Below are positions 17,148 to 27,096 of a DNA stretch of 64,000 bases, in pieces (position 1 is the stretch's first letter; each line of letters begins with the position of its first letter). The notes beneath the pieces were generated by a model. That model made no database searches. It was not told the DNA's origin and saw only the letters and a list, made by a program, of their open reading frames with translations. The DNA is from a virus. Location: the IMG/VR virus record IMGVR_UViG_3300018875_000004, positions 1 through 64,000 of that record, one strand, 5' to 3'. The position numbers and the translations under genes are program-made.

Positions 17148-17266
17148 AAAAAAGACCCCACGAATGAGGTCTTTTAAATCATAAGCAGGGCGGCGTATCC
17201 TGATCTCTTATAACTTGCTGAACCAGCAAGCGTGTGGGGAACCTTTCCCACCTCGAATGATTTAGT
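17148..17266 (-). ncRNA. putative small RNA
   Basis: TTTACT-N17-TATTAT promoter (17273-17301), three hairpins, terminator AAGACCTCA-TTCG-TGGGGTCTTTTTT. Confidence 0.5.
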
Positions 17267-17304
17267 ATAGTAATAATAACATAAATATCTATATAAGTAA
17301 ATAT

Positions 17305-17919
17305 TTATCTATCATCCATACGATCCATTACGATGGTCAGGATATCCTCATGAATCTCATCGATTGATTTCATGCCATCGATCACTGGTGCCTTATAGTC
17401 CATGATCTTGTAAAGCATCCGGACTTTTGTCAGCAGATTCAGGTCTGACTCGTAGCGATCGTTCACGCCTCCGTTGTGCTTCCCCTTCCGCTCCATGCTA
17501 ACCTTAGCCGGAATATCAATCACGATATTCAGATCAGGCTTCCGCATTTGCTCCTGCAGGTCAACCGACCATGGAAGCGAAACTTCATTAGCTGCTGCAT
17601 ATACCAGCTGACTCATGGTATAGCGATCGAGAATCAGAACGTCAACGCCGGCTTCTTCCATCTCGACGAATTTGCCTTGCTGCGCTTGCTTATCGGCGGC
17701 CATAATCAGCTCGATCGTTTCCTGGCTGGCTTCGTATTCTTTCCGGAGCCACTTGGCGATCAGCTCGCCGGTTGGTGTATCATATCGGTGGAACTCACCC
17801 TGCTCGACTTTCAGACCCTTCTCTCGCAAGGCTTCAGTCAGCATGCGGGTCTGTGTAGCCTTGCCGCTTTTGTCCAGGCCTTCGATGGCCACAATGAATA
17901 GTTTACCCAACGGAACCAT
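17305..17919 (-). CDS. tmk: thymidylate kinase
   Basis: IEGLDKSGKATQ P-loop, LIMAADK, ILDRY, PDLNIVID; real start probably 17910-17919 rather than 18057. Confidence 0.9.
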   Translation of the reverse strand: MVPLGKLFIVAIEGLDKSGKATQTRMLTEALREKGLKVEQGEFHRYDTPTGELIAKWLRKEYEASQETIELIMAADKQAQQGKFVEMEEAGVDVLILDRYTMSQLVYAAANEVSLPWSVDLQEQMRKPDLNIVIDIPAKVSMERKGKHNGGVNDRYESDLNLLTKVRMLYKIMDYKAPVIDGMKSIDEIHEDILTIVMDRMDDR

Positions 17920-18244
17920 CCTTCCCGTACTTGCGCATAACAGCATCCACGATTGATTCACCAGGCAGCGTTTCGATAATATGAACGCCTCCTTGCGGTC
18001 CGATGTGGCCAAGCTCAGCCAGTGCAGACCATCCGGGCTGGAGCGGGTTTTCGGCACTTGCTCTCGAATCGATCAGCTGCTTGCCAATCAGGATACGCTG
18101 CTCGGAATTTCTGGATATGGCTTCTGCGATATATCCAAGAACTCGGTTATCTTCGTCAATGCCATCCAAGACATTCTCCATAATCTCTGCATCGGTTTTC
18201 GGCAGACTCTTCAGGATTGGCAGCGGTGTAAACTCATTTATCAT
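17903..18244 (-). CDS. hypothetical protein
   Basis: RBS GGAGG; overlapping operon. Confidence 0.65.
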   Translation of the reverse strand: MINEFTPLPILKSLPKTDAEIMENVLDGIDEDNRVLGYIAEAISRNSEQRILIGKQLIDSRASAENPLQPGWSALAELGHIGPQGGVHIIETLPGESIVDAVMRKYGKDGSVG

Positions 18245-18470
18245 TTTTACGTTCCTCCGTTTGTTCCATAATGATCTGTAAAAGTTCAACTTGCACCGCC
18301 AGGGCAGCATTGGCCATCTCGCGGATATTCAGCTCTTTATCTGCAGTAACCAGCCGGATCTGCTCAAACATTTCGTCTGCTGCTTCCCCCGACCGTTCTA
18401 TCTCTGCCTGCGTCATTGCGCTTTGAAGGAGTCCTAAGAACCCCTTCGATTTGTTAAGAAATTCTTCCAT
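18234..18470 (-). CDS. hypothetical protein
   Basis: RBS GGAGG. Confidence 0.65.
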   Translation of the reverse strand: MEEFLNKSKGFLGLLQSAMTQAEIERSGEAADEMFEQIRLVTADKELNIREMANAALAVQVELLQIIMEQTEERKNDK

Positions 18471-18649
18471 GTTCTACGCTCCTCCAATAGTTCTTCGACA
18501 CTTTCAGCGGTGTCTGCCTGATCAACCAGGATGCAATACAAGGCGAGTCCGAATGCCCACATCGGGTCAACGAATTTATAAACAACCAGGATGACGCCGA
18601 TCGTGATCAGAATACGGATTCGATGGACAATACTTTTACTAATCTGCAT
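18434..18649 (-). CDS. small membrane protein
   Basis: RBS AAGGAGG; two hydrophobic segments. Confidence 0.65.
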   Translation of the reverse strand: MQISKSIVHRIRILITIGVILVVYKFVDPMWAFGLALYCILVDQADTAESVEELLEERRTWKNFLTNRRGS

Positions 18650-18696
18650 AGTTCCTCCTTTGCTCTGGGCAGATGATGACAGCCCCTCCTCAAGGG

Positions 18697-18894
18697 CTAT
18701 TTACGGTTTTTCTTCCGCGACTGCTTGGCCAGCTTGGCCTTTTTCTTTTTGCCGGTATCCTTCTTGTGCTGCGGCTTGGTTTCCATGTACATCTGTTGGA
18801 AGTTCTTCCATGCCTTCGCTACTTGCTTCCGCTCTACGTCTGTCTGCAGATCAAGCATTTCATTGATTTGATCCGGATATTGTTCCTTGTGCAT
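18697..18894 (-). CDS. small basic protein
   Basis: Lys-rich tail; GGGGG RBS. Confidence 0.55.
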   Translation of the reverse strand: MHKEQYPDQINEMLDLQTDVERKQVAKAWKNFQQMYMETKPQHKKDTGKKKKAKLAKQSRKKNRK

Positions 18895-18914
18895 CCCCTG
18901 TTCCCCCTGGCGTT

Positions 18915-19208
18915 TTATTCTGGCTTCGGGAATCGCAGCAGCTTTTCCGTCGACCAATCTTCGAACAGTTCCAGCCCGGCCGGACCCAGCGTTAACGACA
19001 GATCGATCAGAGCATCAAGCTCGGCTTCTGTGCGGTAATGCTTAATCTGGTTCCAAGTGAAGCTATCGTATCCGTCTTCGAAGCGAACCAAGTAACGCAT
19101 TTTTGTATTGGATGCTTCATAGACTGTGCCGATCTTTCCTTCATGAGGAGAGAACGGGCAAGTGACAACAACTACATCTTTAGGCTGGTAACGAATAAAG
19201 TTCTTCAT
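18915..19208 (-). CDS. SH3-like protein with C-terminal IDEAL-like helix
   Basis: GKIGTV...YLVRF; LDALIDLSL...ELFEDW. Confidence 0.65.
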   Translation of the reverse strand: MKNFIRYQPKDVVVVTCPFSPHEGKIGTVYEASNTKMRYLVRFEDGYDSFTWNQIKHYRTEAELDALIDLSLTLGPAGLELFEDWSTEKLLRFPKPE

Positions 19209-19301
19209 CGGGAGACCCCTTTCAGAGTCCCTGTTATTTTCCCTTCCGGCTTCCCTTCTTCTTCCCTGGAACAAGGATCGTCGTGCCAGTCGTCATGGCC
19301 A

Positions 19302-20348
19302 TTATTGCAATGCCAGTGTCACTGTTTTTTTATCGCCATCCCACTTCGCTACGCGTTTCAGGGCGGCTGCGGCATCGCGCGATGGAACATAAGAGTCCTT
19401 GCCGACGAGTACCGTATTGCTCATGACTTGTTCATTCAGTTGTGCCTTTTTATCCTTGTTGTTGAAGCCATAGGATACGCCTGCTACAATGGCCACTGCG
19501 CGGACCGGCACGTAAGACTGGCCATCCCTCAAGAAGCCTTTCGTGGTGAGCGGTCGCATTGTTCCACCCTTCAGCTCAACAAGCACAGAAGCTTCAATGT
19601 CAGCTGCAGGTGCGTCCGCCTTTTTATCCGGAGCTGGTGCTGCCGGCTTCGTTACAGGAGCAGCAACCTGCTTGCTGTACTTGGCTTTCAGCTGAGCCAG
19701 TGTACCATTGAACTCGTTCAGATCGACAGGGCCGCCGATACCATTGACGCGGCGGCTACCGTTTGGACGTGTGCCGCCTACTTGGCCGTCAGAATATTGC
19801 CAGAAGTCCCACTCTTTCCATGCCTTGTTGTCCGTAGGCGGCATGGAAGCAGCGTAGCGAGCCATCCATACATCGTAAGCACTGTGGCTTGCGTCGAAGA
19901 TGTCGCCAAACGAGTTGCCTGTGTAGATGATCGGCTTGCGACCGGTCAGGCGCTCCACCTCTGCGAGGAATGCTTTGGAGACCTGATTAATACCAGCGTT
20001 GCTCAGGTTATTCGGATTGTTCTCGTAGTCCATAACCAGCGGGAAATCCAGTTTATCTGTACCGTATGCGTCGTTGACGGTATTCACGAAGTGGCGGGCT
20101 TCCAGAACGGCTGCATCAGCGCTGCCGGCTAGCAGGAAGTGATAAGCACCAACCATGAGCCCAGCGGCTTTCGCTGCCTTCACATGAGACGCGAATGTCT
20201 TATCTTTGAATGTCTTTCCTTCGGTTGCTTTCAGGAAGACAAAAGCGATATTGTCAGCTGCCACCTTGGCCCAATTTACTGTACCCTGGTGGTGCGAAAC
20301 GTCAATGCCTTGCACATTTCCTGCTTTACGTTTTTGCAAGTAAAACAC
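19302..20348 (-). CDS. GH25 muramidase (endolysin) with C-terminal copper-amine-oxidase-N-like domain
   Basis: GIDVSHHQG, KATEG, GAYHF, VMDYE, WQYS, VDLN; C-terminal SYVPVRAVA; likely TTG start at 20339. Confidence 0.92.
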   Translation of the reverse strand: MFYLQKRKAGNVQGIDVSHHQGTVNWAKVAADNIAFVFLKATEGKTFKDKTFASHVKAAKAAGLMVGAYHFLLAGSADAAVLEARHFVNTVNDAYGTDKLDFPLVMDYENNPNNLSNAGINQVSKAFLAEVERLTGRKPIIYTGNSFGDIFDASHSAYDVWMARYAASMPPTDNKAWKEWDFWQYSDGQVGGTRPNGSRRVNGIGGPVDLNEFNGTLAQLKAKYSKQVAAPVTKPAAPAPDKKADAPAADIEASVLVELKGGTMRPLTTKGFLRDGQSYVPVRAVAIVAGVSYGFNNKDKKAQLNEQVMSNTVLVGKDSYVPSRDAAAALKRVAKWDGDKKTVTLALQ

Positions 20349-20361
20349 TCCTTTACCAAAT

Positions 20362-20386
20362 TGTAATGCGTTACATTTGCATTATA
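20362..20386 (-). promoter_or_regulatory. -10 box plus operator upstream of the lysin
   Basis: TATAAT-N5-TGTAACGCATTACA on the - strand. Confidence 0.7.
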
Positions 20387-20417
20387 CTATAGCTTTCTGG
20401 AGAATACGACCTTATTC

Positions 20418-20900
20418 TCAAACTTTCCACTGAGAATCCCGCACCAGCAGAGAAAGCTTGATTACTGGACGCCCTACGTCAAGCGATGCACACTCCGCTT
20501 CTCGGATGTGACCGATCACGTAGAATGACTCAGACATTAGCTCGATGCTCTTTTTGCACCGGATTAAGAACTGCGCATCCCTCAGTTCTTCAAAGACAAG
20601 ATCCACGTCAATCGTCTCCTGCTGGCGGAATCCCTTTTGCGGATGCAGGTTTTGCCAGCTGTGGTCAAAACCAGCTGCGTAGATTGGCGTCCTATTGTGC
20701 GTCAGCGTTCTGGCATAGCATCTGCGCATAAAAGAGTCTTCCTCACAGCGGATCGCCATCGAAAGATTAAATCCGGACGCAAGTCCAAAATACTTGCGGG
20801 CTGCCTCCGGCTGTATATCCATCTTCTGTTCAAACAGATACCGGAGGACGTCTTGATCGTCCTCCAGAATGCTCTCCGCATAAATGGCCATGAGTTCCAT
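20418..20900 (-). CDS. hypothetical protein, MELxxxY N-terminus
   Basis: MELMAIY; RBS AAGGAG. Confidence 0.75.
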   Translation of the reverse strand: MELMAIYAESILEDDQDVLRYLFEQKMDIQPEAARKYFGLASGFNLSMAIRCEEDSFMRRCYARTLTHNRTPIYAAGFDHSWQNLHPQKGFRQQETIDVDLVFEELRDAQFLIRCKKSIELMSESFYVIGHIREAECASLDVGRPVIKLSLLVRDSQWKV

Positions 20901-20902
20901 AA

Positions 20903-21244
20903 TCAGTTGTACTCCTTACAATTGAAGATGATTACCCAATCACCGTTATCCAGCTGCAGCTGCTCATGGTACAGGATTTGATAAGCCTGCACCGATTCAT
21001 TTAGAAAGTTCAGCACCAGAACCTTGAGGCGATCCAGCCACCCCTGCGTGACAGGCCCTTCGGATTCTTTCATAACCCAGTCTGCAATCGTCAGTGATCC
21101 TCTCATGACATTTGGGTATTCCGGATGCTTCGTAAATTCGGATACGCCCTCTATTTTCAGATCGACCACTTGCTTATTGCAATCTGTTATCCAGAGCGCG
21201 GCCGTATCGATGGTCTTTTCTGTGTATTGCTGCAGTAACTCCAT
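20903..21244 (-). CDS. hypothetical protein, MELxxxY N-terminus
   Basis: MELLQQY; RBS GAGGAG. Confidence 0.75.
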   Translation of the reverse strand: MELLQQYTEKTIDTAALWITDCNKQVVDLKIEGVSEFTKHPEYPNVMRGSLTIADWVMKESEGPVTQGWLDRLKVLVLNFLNESVQAYQILYHEQLQLDNGDWVIIFNCKEYN

Positions 21245-21258
21245 GCCTTCTCCTCCTC

Positions 21259-23220
21259 TTAACTGAACACGACGTTGAACTCAGAATCTTGAATTGGTGC
21301 GCCTGGCATCTGTGCCATTTCATCGACATACGTAATGCTGTCTACGATTAGGTCGTTGCCCGAGCGCGATCCGGAAACGCGAATCTTCCGGCCAATCATA
21401 AATTCACTCTCATGCTTCTTCCAAATCTTATTGAAGATGACCAGGCTCAGATCATCCTCTGCGGTTTCCATACGAGCTTTGCCGGTTACTTTGCCGCTGC
21501 TCTTTGCAGTGAACGGCTTCGACTCGGTGATGTGTCCGGTGAAGGCAACATTCTTCTTGCCGTCTTCGATCGTATCCCATCGGGAGCGAACGCTGACGTT
21601 AGTGCCGAGCATTTCACGTTCGAAAGCGATAATGTCGCGCTTCGATGTCTTGGCTGGAATCTCCATGTAGGAAGCGTCTCCGCGTCTTTCGAAGTATCTA
21701 CGCAGCAGCAGATAGCGGTTGTTGTACAGCGTATCGAAGCTGCCGGACTTAATCAGGTTGCTGACCTTGGTTTTGTTCAGCTTCATGGAATCGTTGCGAA
21801 CCAGGAAGTCGTCGAAGTCGTTAAACGGTCTGCCTTTGCTGATGACGTCTACGTCCTTGCTGCTGACGCCGGCGATACTGGCCAGACCATACAGAATTTT
21901 ACCCTTGCCTTCTTCACCTTCCCGAGCGGGGATTGGTGTCCAGCTATCGTTGGAATGGTTGATATCTGGCGGCAGGATGCTGATACCCATCTCTTCGCAT
22001 TCCTTCATGTAGATGACGCTGCGTGGCACGTCGTCTTTCTTGGCGCCTTCTGAGGTCGTCAGCAGGGCTGCCATGAACTCTGCCGGATAGTAAGTCTTCA
22101 GGTAAGCTGTTTGAACGGACAGGACCGCGTAGCAGGCGCTATGCGCGTAGTTAAAGCAGTAGTCACCGAACTTGATCCAGTCTTCCTTGATCTTCAGCAG
22201 GGCTGCTTCATCATAGCCGCGGCTGAGTGCTCCAGGAATGTTCTTCTCTTCGGACCCGTAAATCATGTAGCCGATCCATTCTTCCATCAGCTCATGCTGC
22301 TTCTTCGAGATCGCTTTCCGCAGGATGTCAGACTGACCGGTCGTAAAGCCGCCGAGAACCACGGATGCTTTCATAATCTGTTCTTGATAAACCCAGATGC
22401 CGTAAGTCTCACCCAAGATCGGCTGTAAGCTGTCGAATGGAAAGGTAACTTTCTCCTGCCCTTTCTTCCGGCGAATATAAGACGGAATCAGATCGAGCGG
22501 ACCCGGACGGCCAAGAGCTACGATAACCGAGATATCCTGAACATTCGAAGGTTCCATCTCTTTGATAATACCTCTGAATAGGTCTGACTCACATTGGAAG
22601 ATCCCCGATAGATTCAGTTTGTTATATACCTCTTCATAGATACGAGGGTCGTTGTAGTCGATATATTTCAGGTCGAAGTCTGCAATGCCGGCATTGATCT
22701 TGGTTTGCTTAATCAAGTCGAGCGTATTCAGCTTTAGGATATCGAACTTAACGAGGAACTTTTCAATCCAGCTCATGTCATACTGCGTGGTCGCCAAGCC
22801 TTCTTTATCCAGCCGGAGCGGTACCGTGTTGGTCAGTGGCTGCGGAGACAAGACGATTCCTCCTGCGTGAACCCCTGCGCTTCGTACATGGCCTTCCAGT
22901 GCGTTTGCGGCCTTCCACCAATCTGGATACTTGTCTGCGAACATGCGCGTCTCTGGCGACTCCTGATAAGCGCCGGTAACAACCTTGCCGTTCTTATCCG
23001 TGTACTGATCCAGTGTAATGCCTGGACGTGCAGGAATCGATTTAGCAAATGCGTCTTGATCCTGCGGACTGTATCCGAGAGCTTTACCTACAGAGCGAAT
23101 AACCGAACGTCCAGCGAGTGTGCCATACGTTCCGATCTGAGCCACATGACCAGCTCCGTATTTTTGTTTCATGTATTCCTGAACCGCGCGTGCGCCCTCC
23201 CAGGAAAAATCGACATCGAT
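21259..23220 (-). CDS. dnaE: DNA polymerase III alpha subunit, exon 2
   Basis: Begins IDVDFSW after the intron; GVHAGG, KFDILKL, GIFQCES, YQEQIM, FNYAHS, LPPDIN motifs. Confidence 0.93.
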   Translation of the reverse strand: MDVDFSWEGARAVQEYMKQKYGAGHVAQIGTYGTLAGRSVIRSVGKALGYSPQDQDAFAKSIPARPGITLDQYTDKNGKVVTGAYQESPETRMFADKYPDWWKAANALEGHVRSAGVHAGGIVLSPQPLTNTVPLRLDKEGLATTQYDMSWIEKFLVKFDILKLNTLDLIKQTKINAGIADFDLKYIDYNDPRIYEEVYNKLNLSGIFQCESDLFRGIIKEMEPSNVQDISVIVALGRPGPLDLIPSYIRRKKGQEKVTFPFDSLQPILGETYGIWVYQEQIMKASVVLGGFTTGQSDILRKAISKKQHELMEEWIGYMIYGSEEKNIPGALSRGYDEAALLKIKEDWIKFGDYCFNYAHSACYAVLSVQTAYLKTYYPAEFMAALLTTSEGAKKDDVPRSVIYMKECEEMGISILPPDINHSNDSWTPIPAREGEEGKGKILYGLASIAGVSSKDVDVISKGRPFNDFDDFLVRNDSMKLNKTKVSNLIKSGSFDTLYNNRYLLLRRYFERRGDASYMEIPAKTSKRDIIAFEREMLGTNVSVRSRWDTIEDGKKNVAFTGHITESKPFTAKSSGKVTGKARMETAEDDLSLVIFNKIWKKHESEFMIGRKIRVSGSRSGNDLIVDSITYVDEMAQMPGAPIQDSEFNVVFS

Positions 23221-24428
23221 CCTTTATACCCTCGGTTTCCCGATATTTATTAGGGGAGTAGACTATATCATCATCATATCCACGAATGAGTGGACTTAGA
23301 GCACAGCGCTTCGTTTTCACTACTGGTTCCCACACCATAGTCGTTGAACCTTGCCCTCATCAGGCTTTGGCTGCGAAGCGAAGGATTAATACCTTCCCGA
23401 TTATCCAATCCGATTCATTTTATGAGCGTTCACGTTTGGGCTTGTCTCATCCCTGCGTTGTAGCTGAATCGGCTCTAAGGACTTTCCCGCAATTCACTGT
23501 GTTACTCACACCTGCGTTTCCACAGGGGAGGACTGTGTTATTAAATGTTGATATCTTTCATGCTTACGATCCAGATAGATAGTGGCTGAGTCATACATGA
23601 GCGTTGCAAGCCTGATAACGTCTGACTGCTTTGTAACTGATAACTGCCAGTTGTTTTTGTCATCCTTGTTTCTTTTTTCAAGCTTGTTTTCATTACCAAT
23701 AATATTCATGAATCCCTTCAAGATTTCTCTTGTTCCGCAAATCTTGAGATTATAGGGTAAGTGATAATTGTCTGGACTGATGGAAAATGATCCATCGCCA
23801 TCAAAGTATCCTCTTAGAAAGTGTCTGACCAGGTGCGACGGCACTTGTTCTTCGCTCGGGAACTGGAGTTGAAGTGATTTATTCTCGATGACTCCTTTAC
23901 TCTTCAGATCGTCGAACAGTTGATCCGAAGTAACCAGCAGTCTTACGTATTCACATTCACCATATTCATTTTTTGAAGTGTAGGTATTGATTTTGTAGTT
24001 GGACTCCATGGATTTATTAATCTTTTCCAGGTGTCCTCTGTCGTCTGACTTAATTGCAATACCTATACACTTCTGTTTCGTCGAGCGAGCTGTGATATAT
24101 CCATCGGCGTATATGAATCCTAACCAGTAAGCCTTCTCTTCAGTATCAATCTCTTTAAAGAAAGAGTGATTGATTGAATATTTGCGGGAGTTTTGCTTGT
24201 TGCTTCTTGCGATCCCAGCGTGCGTAATCGTGTACGTCACCGCACCCAATGATAGGCCCATCTTTTTCGCAATTTTCAAGCTCGATAACCCGCCTTGGTA
24301 AAGCTCAATGATCTTTGCTCTGTCTTCTGTCATCTTCATCATGTTATTGCCTCCATTACAAAAGTCGATGTAACTAGATTAACATCGTTTTGTATAGGCG
24401 ACAACTAAGCTGCAACATTTAATTTCCA
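23221..24428 (-). mobile_element. group I self-splicing intron in dnaE (1208 nt)
   Basis: Exon 1 ends in U and the intron ends in G; splicing restores YPD|IDVDF. Core AATTGCGGGAA, CGCAGCC, GTTCAACGACTA, GATATAGTCT; P1 GAU|UG pairs with CAGUC. Confidence 0.93.
23506..24342 (-). CDS. intron-encoded LAGLIDADG homing endonuclease with N-terminal HTH
   Basis: AYWLGFIYADG and HFLRGYFDGDG; own RBS GGAGG; lower GC than the exons. Confidence 0.92.
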   Translation of the reverse strand: MMKMTEDRAKIIELYQGGLSSLKIAKKMGLSLGAVTYTITHAGIARSNKQNSRKYSINHSFFKEIDTEEKAYWLGFIYADGYITARSTKQKCIGIAIKSDDRGHLEKINKSMESNYKINTYTSKNEYGECEYVRLLVTSDQLFDDLKSKGVIENKSLQLQFPSEEQVPSHLVRHFLRGYFDGDGSFSISPDNYHLPYNLKICGTREILKGFMNIIGNENKLEKRNKDDKNNWQLSVTKQSDVIRLATLMYDSATIYLDRKHERYQHLITQSSPVETQV

Positions 24429-25898
24429 ATCAGGATAACCTGCACGTTCTGGATTCAGGAAACGTTCGAACATCAGGTTCCATTTGATCGGGTCGATATC
24501 GGTGATGCCGATGACGAAGGCAACCAGTGAACCAGCAGCCGATCCCCGTCCCGGGCCTACCAGGTAGCCGTTATCCTTCGCCCAGTTGATGTAATCCGCT
24601 ACGATTAGGAAGTAGTCGGCAAAGCCCAGCGGATTGATAACGCTCAGCTCGTATTGTAGCTGCTGGCAGTATTTCTCCAGATCAACCTCTGTGGTCATTG
24701 CGTAGGTGAACAATCGGTTCCAGGACAGCTTCTCCAGCTGCTGCTCGGCGGTGTCGCCTTCTTCGATGATGTATTTCGGGAATAGCGGTTTGTCCGGCAG
24801 ATCAACATTGATCATCTCTGCAATCTTCAGCGTGTTGGCGATCGCTTCATCGTCGTTCACGATCTGGCGGACTTCTTCTTCGGACTTCATCCAGAACTCG
24901 TGTGCATAAACCAGCCGGTCAGTATCATGAATACATTTATTCATGCTGGACGCTACCAGGACATCGTGAATGTCGCGGTCTTCTTTGTTTGCATAGTGAA
25001 CGTCTGTTGTTACAACTTTCGGAGTGTCCGTTTCAGCAGCCAGTCGGTCGATGATCGCGTTAAGGCGAATCTGCTCAGGAAGCCGCGTTGCCTGCTTTTC
25101 AAGATAGAAAGAATGAAACGTATCTTTGCATTCCTGTATAAAATTACGGCACTCGTCCAGATCGCCAGCCAAAGCGAAACGGGCAAAATAACTGCCAAGG
25201 CAAGCAGAAGTAGCGATAATGTGGCGACCAAGACCGCGCTCCCTAATAAAAGCCAGATCGGTGCGAGGATTACTATAAAAGCCCACAAGGTGAGCGTCTG
25301 AAATAATTTCATACAAGTCCTCCAGCCCTTGAGTATTCATGGCCATCAGGACAAGATGGAAGTTGTCGTATTTCACGAGGTCGTAATATTCTTTGCGGAA
25401 GTCGGCAATCGGATCGCCGGTTGAGAGGTCTTCTTCGAATGCTTGCGGCTCTGGGTCTTCAATCATGCCGATGTTGAATAGATCGAACTCGACTTCCGGT
25501 TCAGCTACCGCCTTCTTCTTGACGCCGCCCATCAGGAAGTCTTTCAGCAGCTCGCGGGCTTCGACTTCAAAGTCATCCGGATTATTACGCATCGCTTTGC
25601 GGAACGCCTTCCAGGCTTTATCCTTGATGCCATACTTGTCAAATATTTTTGTTTTCATTTCCTTCTGGAAGTCGCCCTTTAAGGTGCGGTCTTTGGTCAT
25701 GTATGCTTCGCAGCCGGGAATCGGTTTAATGCCTTCCTTTTTACAAGCGGTGATAAAATCGGGGATAGCCCCGCAAACGCCGTGATCTGTAATGGCGAGG
25801 GCGGAGCTACCGATTTCTTTCGCGCGCTTAACGAGTTGCTTTACAGTAGACAAGCCGTCAAGCTCGGAGTATTCAGAGTGTACGTGTAAGTGGATCAT
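24429..25898 (-). CDS. dnaE: DNA polymerase III alpha subunit, exon 1 (PHP domain and start of polymerase)
   Basis: HLHVHSEYSELDG, AITDHG, DVHY, GPGRGSAAGSLV, FERFLNPER; spliced product 1143 aa. Confidence 0.93.
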
Positions 25899-25916
25899 GG
25901 CTGTATCTCCTATCGT

Positions 25917-26210
25917 TTATTCGTTGGAGCCGCCTTCTCCGATGACATTCAGCATAGGCGCTTGACCTTGACTGCACGCTACGCGCTTCGCAATGGTTGC
26001 AGGCTGCGCAGCAGACCCAATCAGGATCGTACCGGTTGCATCATGGCTCAGGATAATCGAACGCGTTTTTCTTCCCTGCGTCAGGTCAACATAACGCTTA
26101 GAGTCCTTCGCTTCGCCCATCATTCTACGGATAGGCGAGCTGTCCGGACGGCTCACAGTGATAATTTTGCTCAGTTCTACATAGTTTCCAAATCCTACAT
26201 CGACAAACAT
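25917..26210 (-). CDS. remA: RemA/DUF370-family regulator homologue
   Basis: VGFGNYV...PDSSPIRRMM..AK...VDLTQGRKTRSII...SAAQPATIAKR parallels B. subtilis RemA (IGFGNII...PESAPIKRMI...DATYGRRTRAVV...SAVQPETVAHR). Confidence 0.85.
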   Translation of the reverse strand: MFVDVGFGNYVELSKIITVSRPDSSPIRRMMGEAKDSKRYVDLTQGRKTRSIILSHDATGTILIGSAAQPATIAKRVACSQGQAPMLNVIGEGGSNE

Positions 26211-26213
26211 TGG

Positions 26214-27074
26214 TCATCCACCTTTTGAGAAAATTTTATTTTTCTCAGCTACTTCGCGCACGAGATCTCCATTCGTGTCGCCGGCGATTACGTTCGGAAT
26301 TGGTTTTCCTTCCCGTATTGCAGTGCGGATATTCTCGACATCCATATAAGCTTCGCTGCCGAAACTAAATGGATTCGGGTTGCGGATACTGCCATCATTC
26401 TTGGCACTGTCAGAATGGCAGTAGATGTTGAAAGGACAGCTTGTGCATTTATAATTGCTCGGCGTGTATCCTTTCTCTATTGGAGGAAGCACCCGGTCTT
26501 TAGCCATCTGTATACATTCGTTTGCCTTCTTCTCAAGGAACTTCCCGTATACAGGGTCATAATCCAGATGATACTCCCAGACTTCCTGGTCATCCTTGTT
26601 TTCCACGAAAATGATCCCTTTGTGGACGCCGGACAGGTGCATGTAAAACGTAAGCTGCGCCTTATGCTCGGCTTTCGGCATATTGTTTTCCTTCATCCAC
26701 TTAAAGCTTTTGCTGAACGCACTCTTCAACTCGACCAGATACAGTTCCCCTTCCGGGTTCAGGAAGCTGGTCAATTTGATCAATGCGTCCGTGTGGCCGC
26801 TGATGTTCTCTCGTTCCAGCTTCATCTCGGCTTGTACGAGAATGCCCATGTCAGCGAACAGCTGCTCATAGCGGTGATGCAGGCTATGTCCATTTTCGAA
26901 GATTCGGATAAGCTGCGGATCAATCTCTGGTTTGGGAACCATGAGCATGTCGAACACGATTCGCCGCTTACACATACCAATTGTAGACGGATGAAGCTTT
27001 CGCATCGGTCGTGTTTCATTGGCAGCTCGCTCCAAATGGTGGCGCTCGACCATGATCTGAAGTATGCCCGCCAT
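26214..27074 (-). CDS. Cas4-like PD-(D/E)XK exonuclease with Fe-S cysteines
   Basis: PSTIGMC, GHSLH, GHTD, VELKS, QLTFY, CxxCx5C. Confidence 0.85.
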   Translation of the reverse strand: MAGILQIMVERHHLERAANETRPMRKLHPSTIGMCKRRIVFDMLMVPKPEIDPQLIRIFENGHSLHHRYEQLFADMGILVQAEMKLERENISGHTDALIKLTSFLNPEGELYLVELKSAFSKSFKWMKENNMPKAEHKAQLTFYMHLSGVHKGIIFVENKDDQEVWEYHLDYDPVYGKFLEKKANECIQMAKDRVLPPIEKGYTPSNYKCTSCPFNIYCHSDSAKNDGSIRNPNPFSFGSEAYMDVENIRTAIREGKPIPNVIAGDTNGDLVREVAEKNKIFSKGG

Positions 27075-27096
27075 TCTCCGACCTCCTTTATCTAAT

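Noticed and set aside
21259-25898. dnaE as a pseudogene, naturally split gene or intein host
   Set aside because: Group I core elements and exact U/G splice boundaries restore the catalytic motif; no intein Cys or His-Asn termini
26214-27074. Cas4-like gene as part of a CRISPR-Cas system
   Set aside because: No cas1, cas2 or array in the window; solo Cas4-like nucleases are common in phage replication modules
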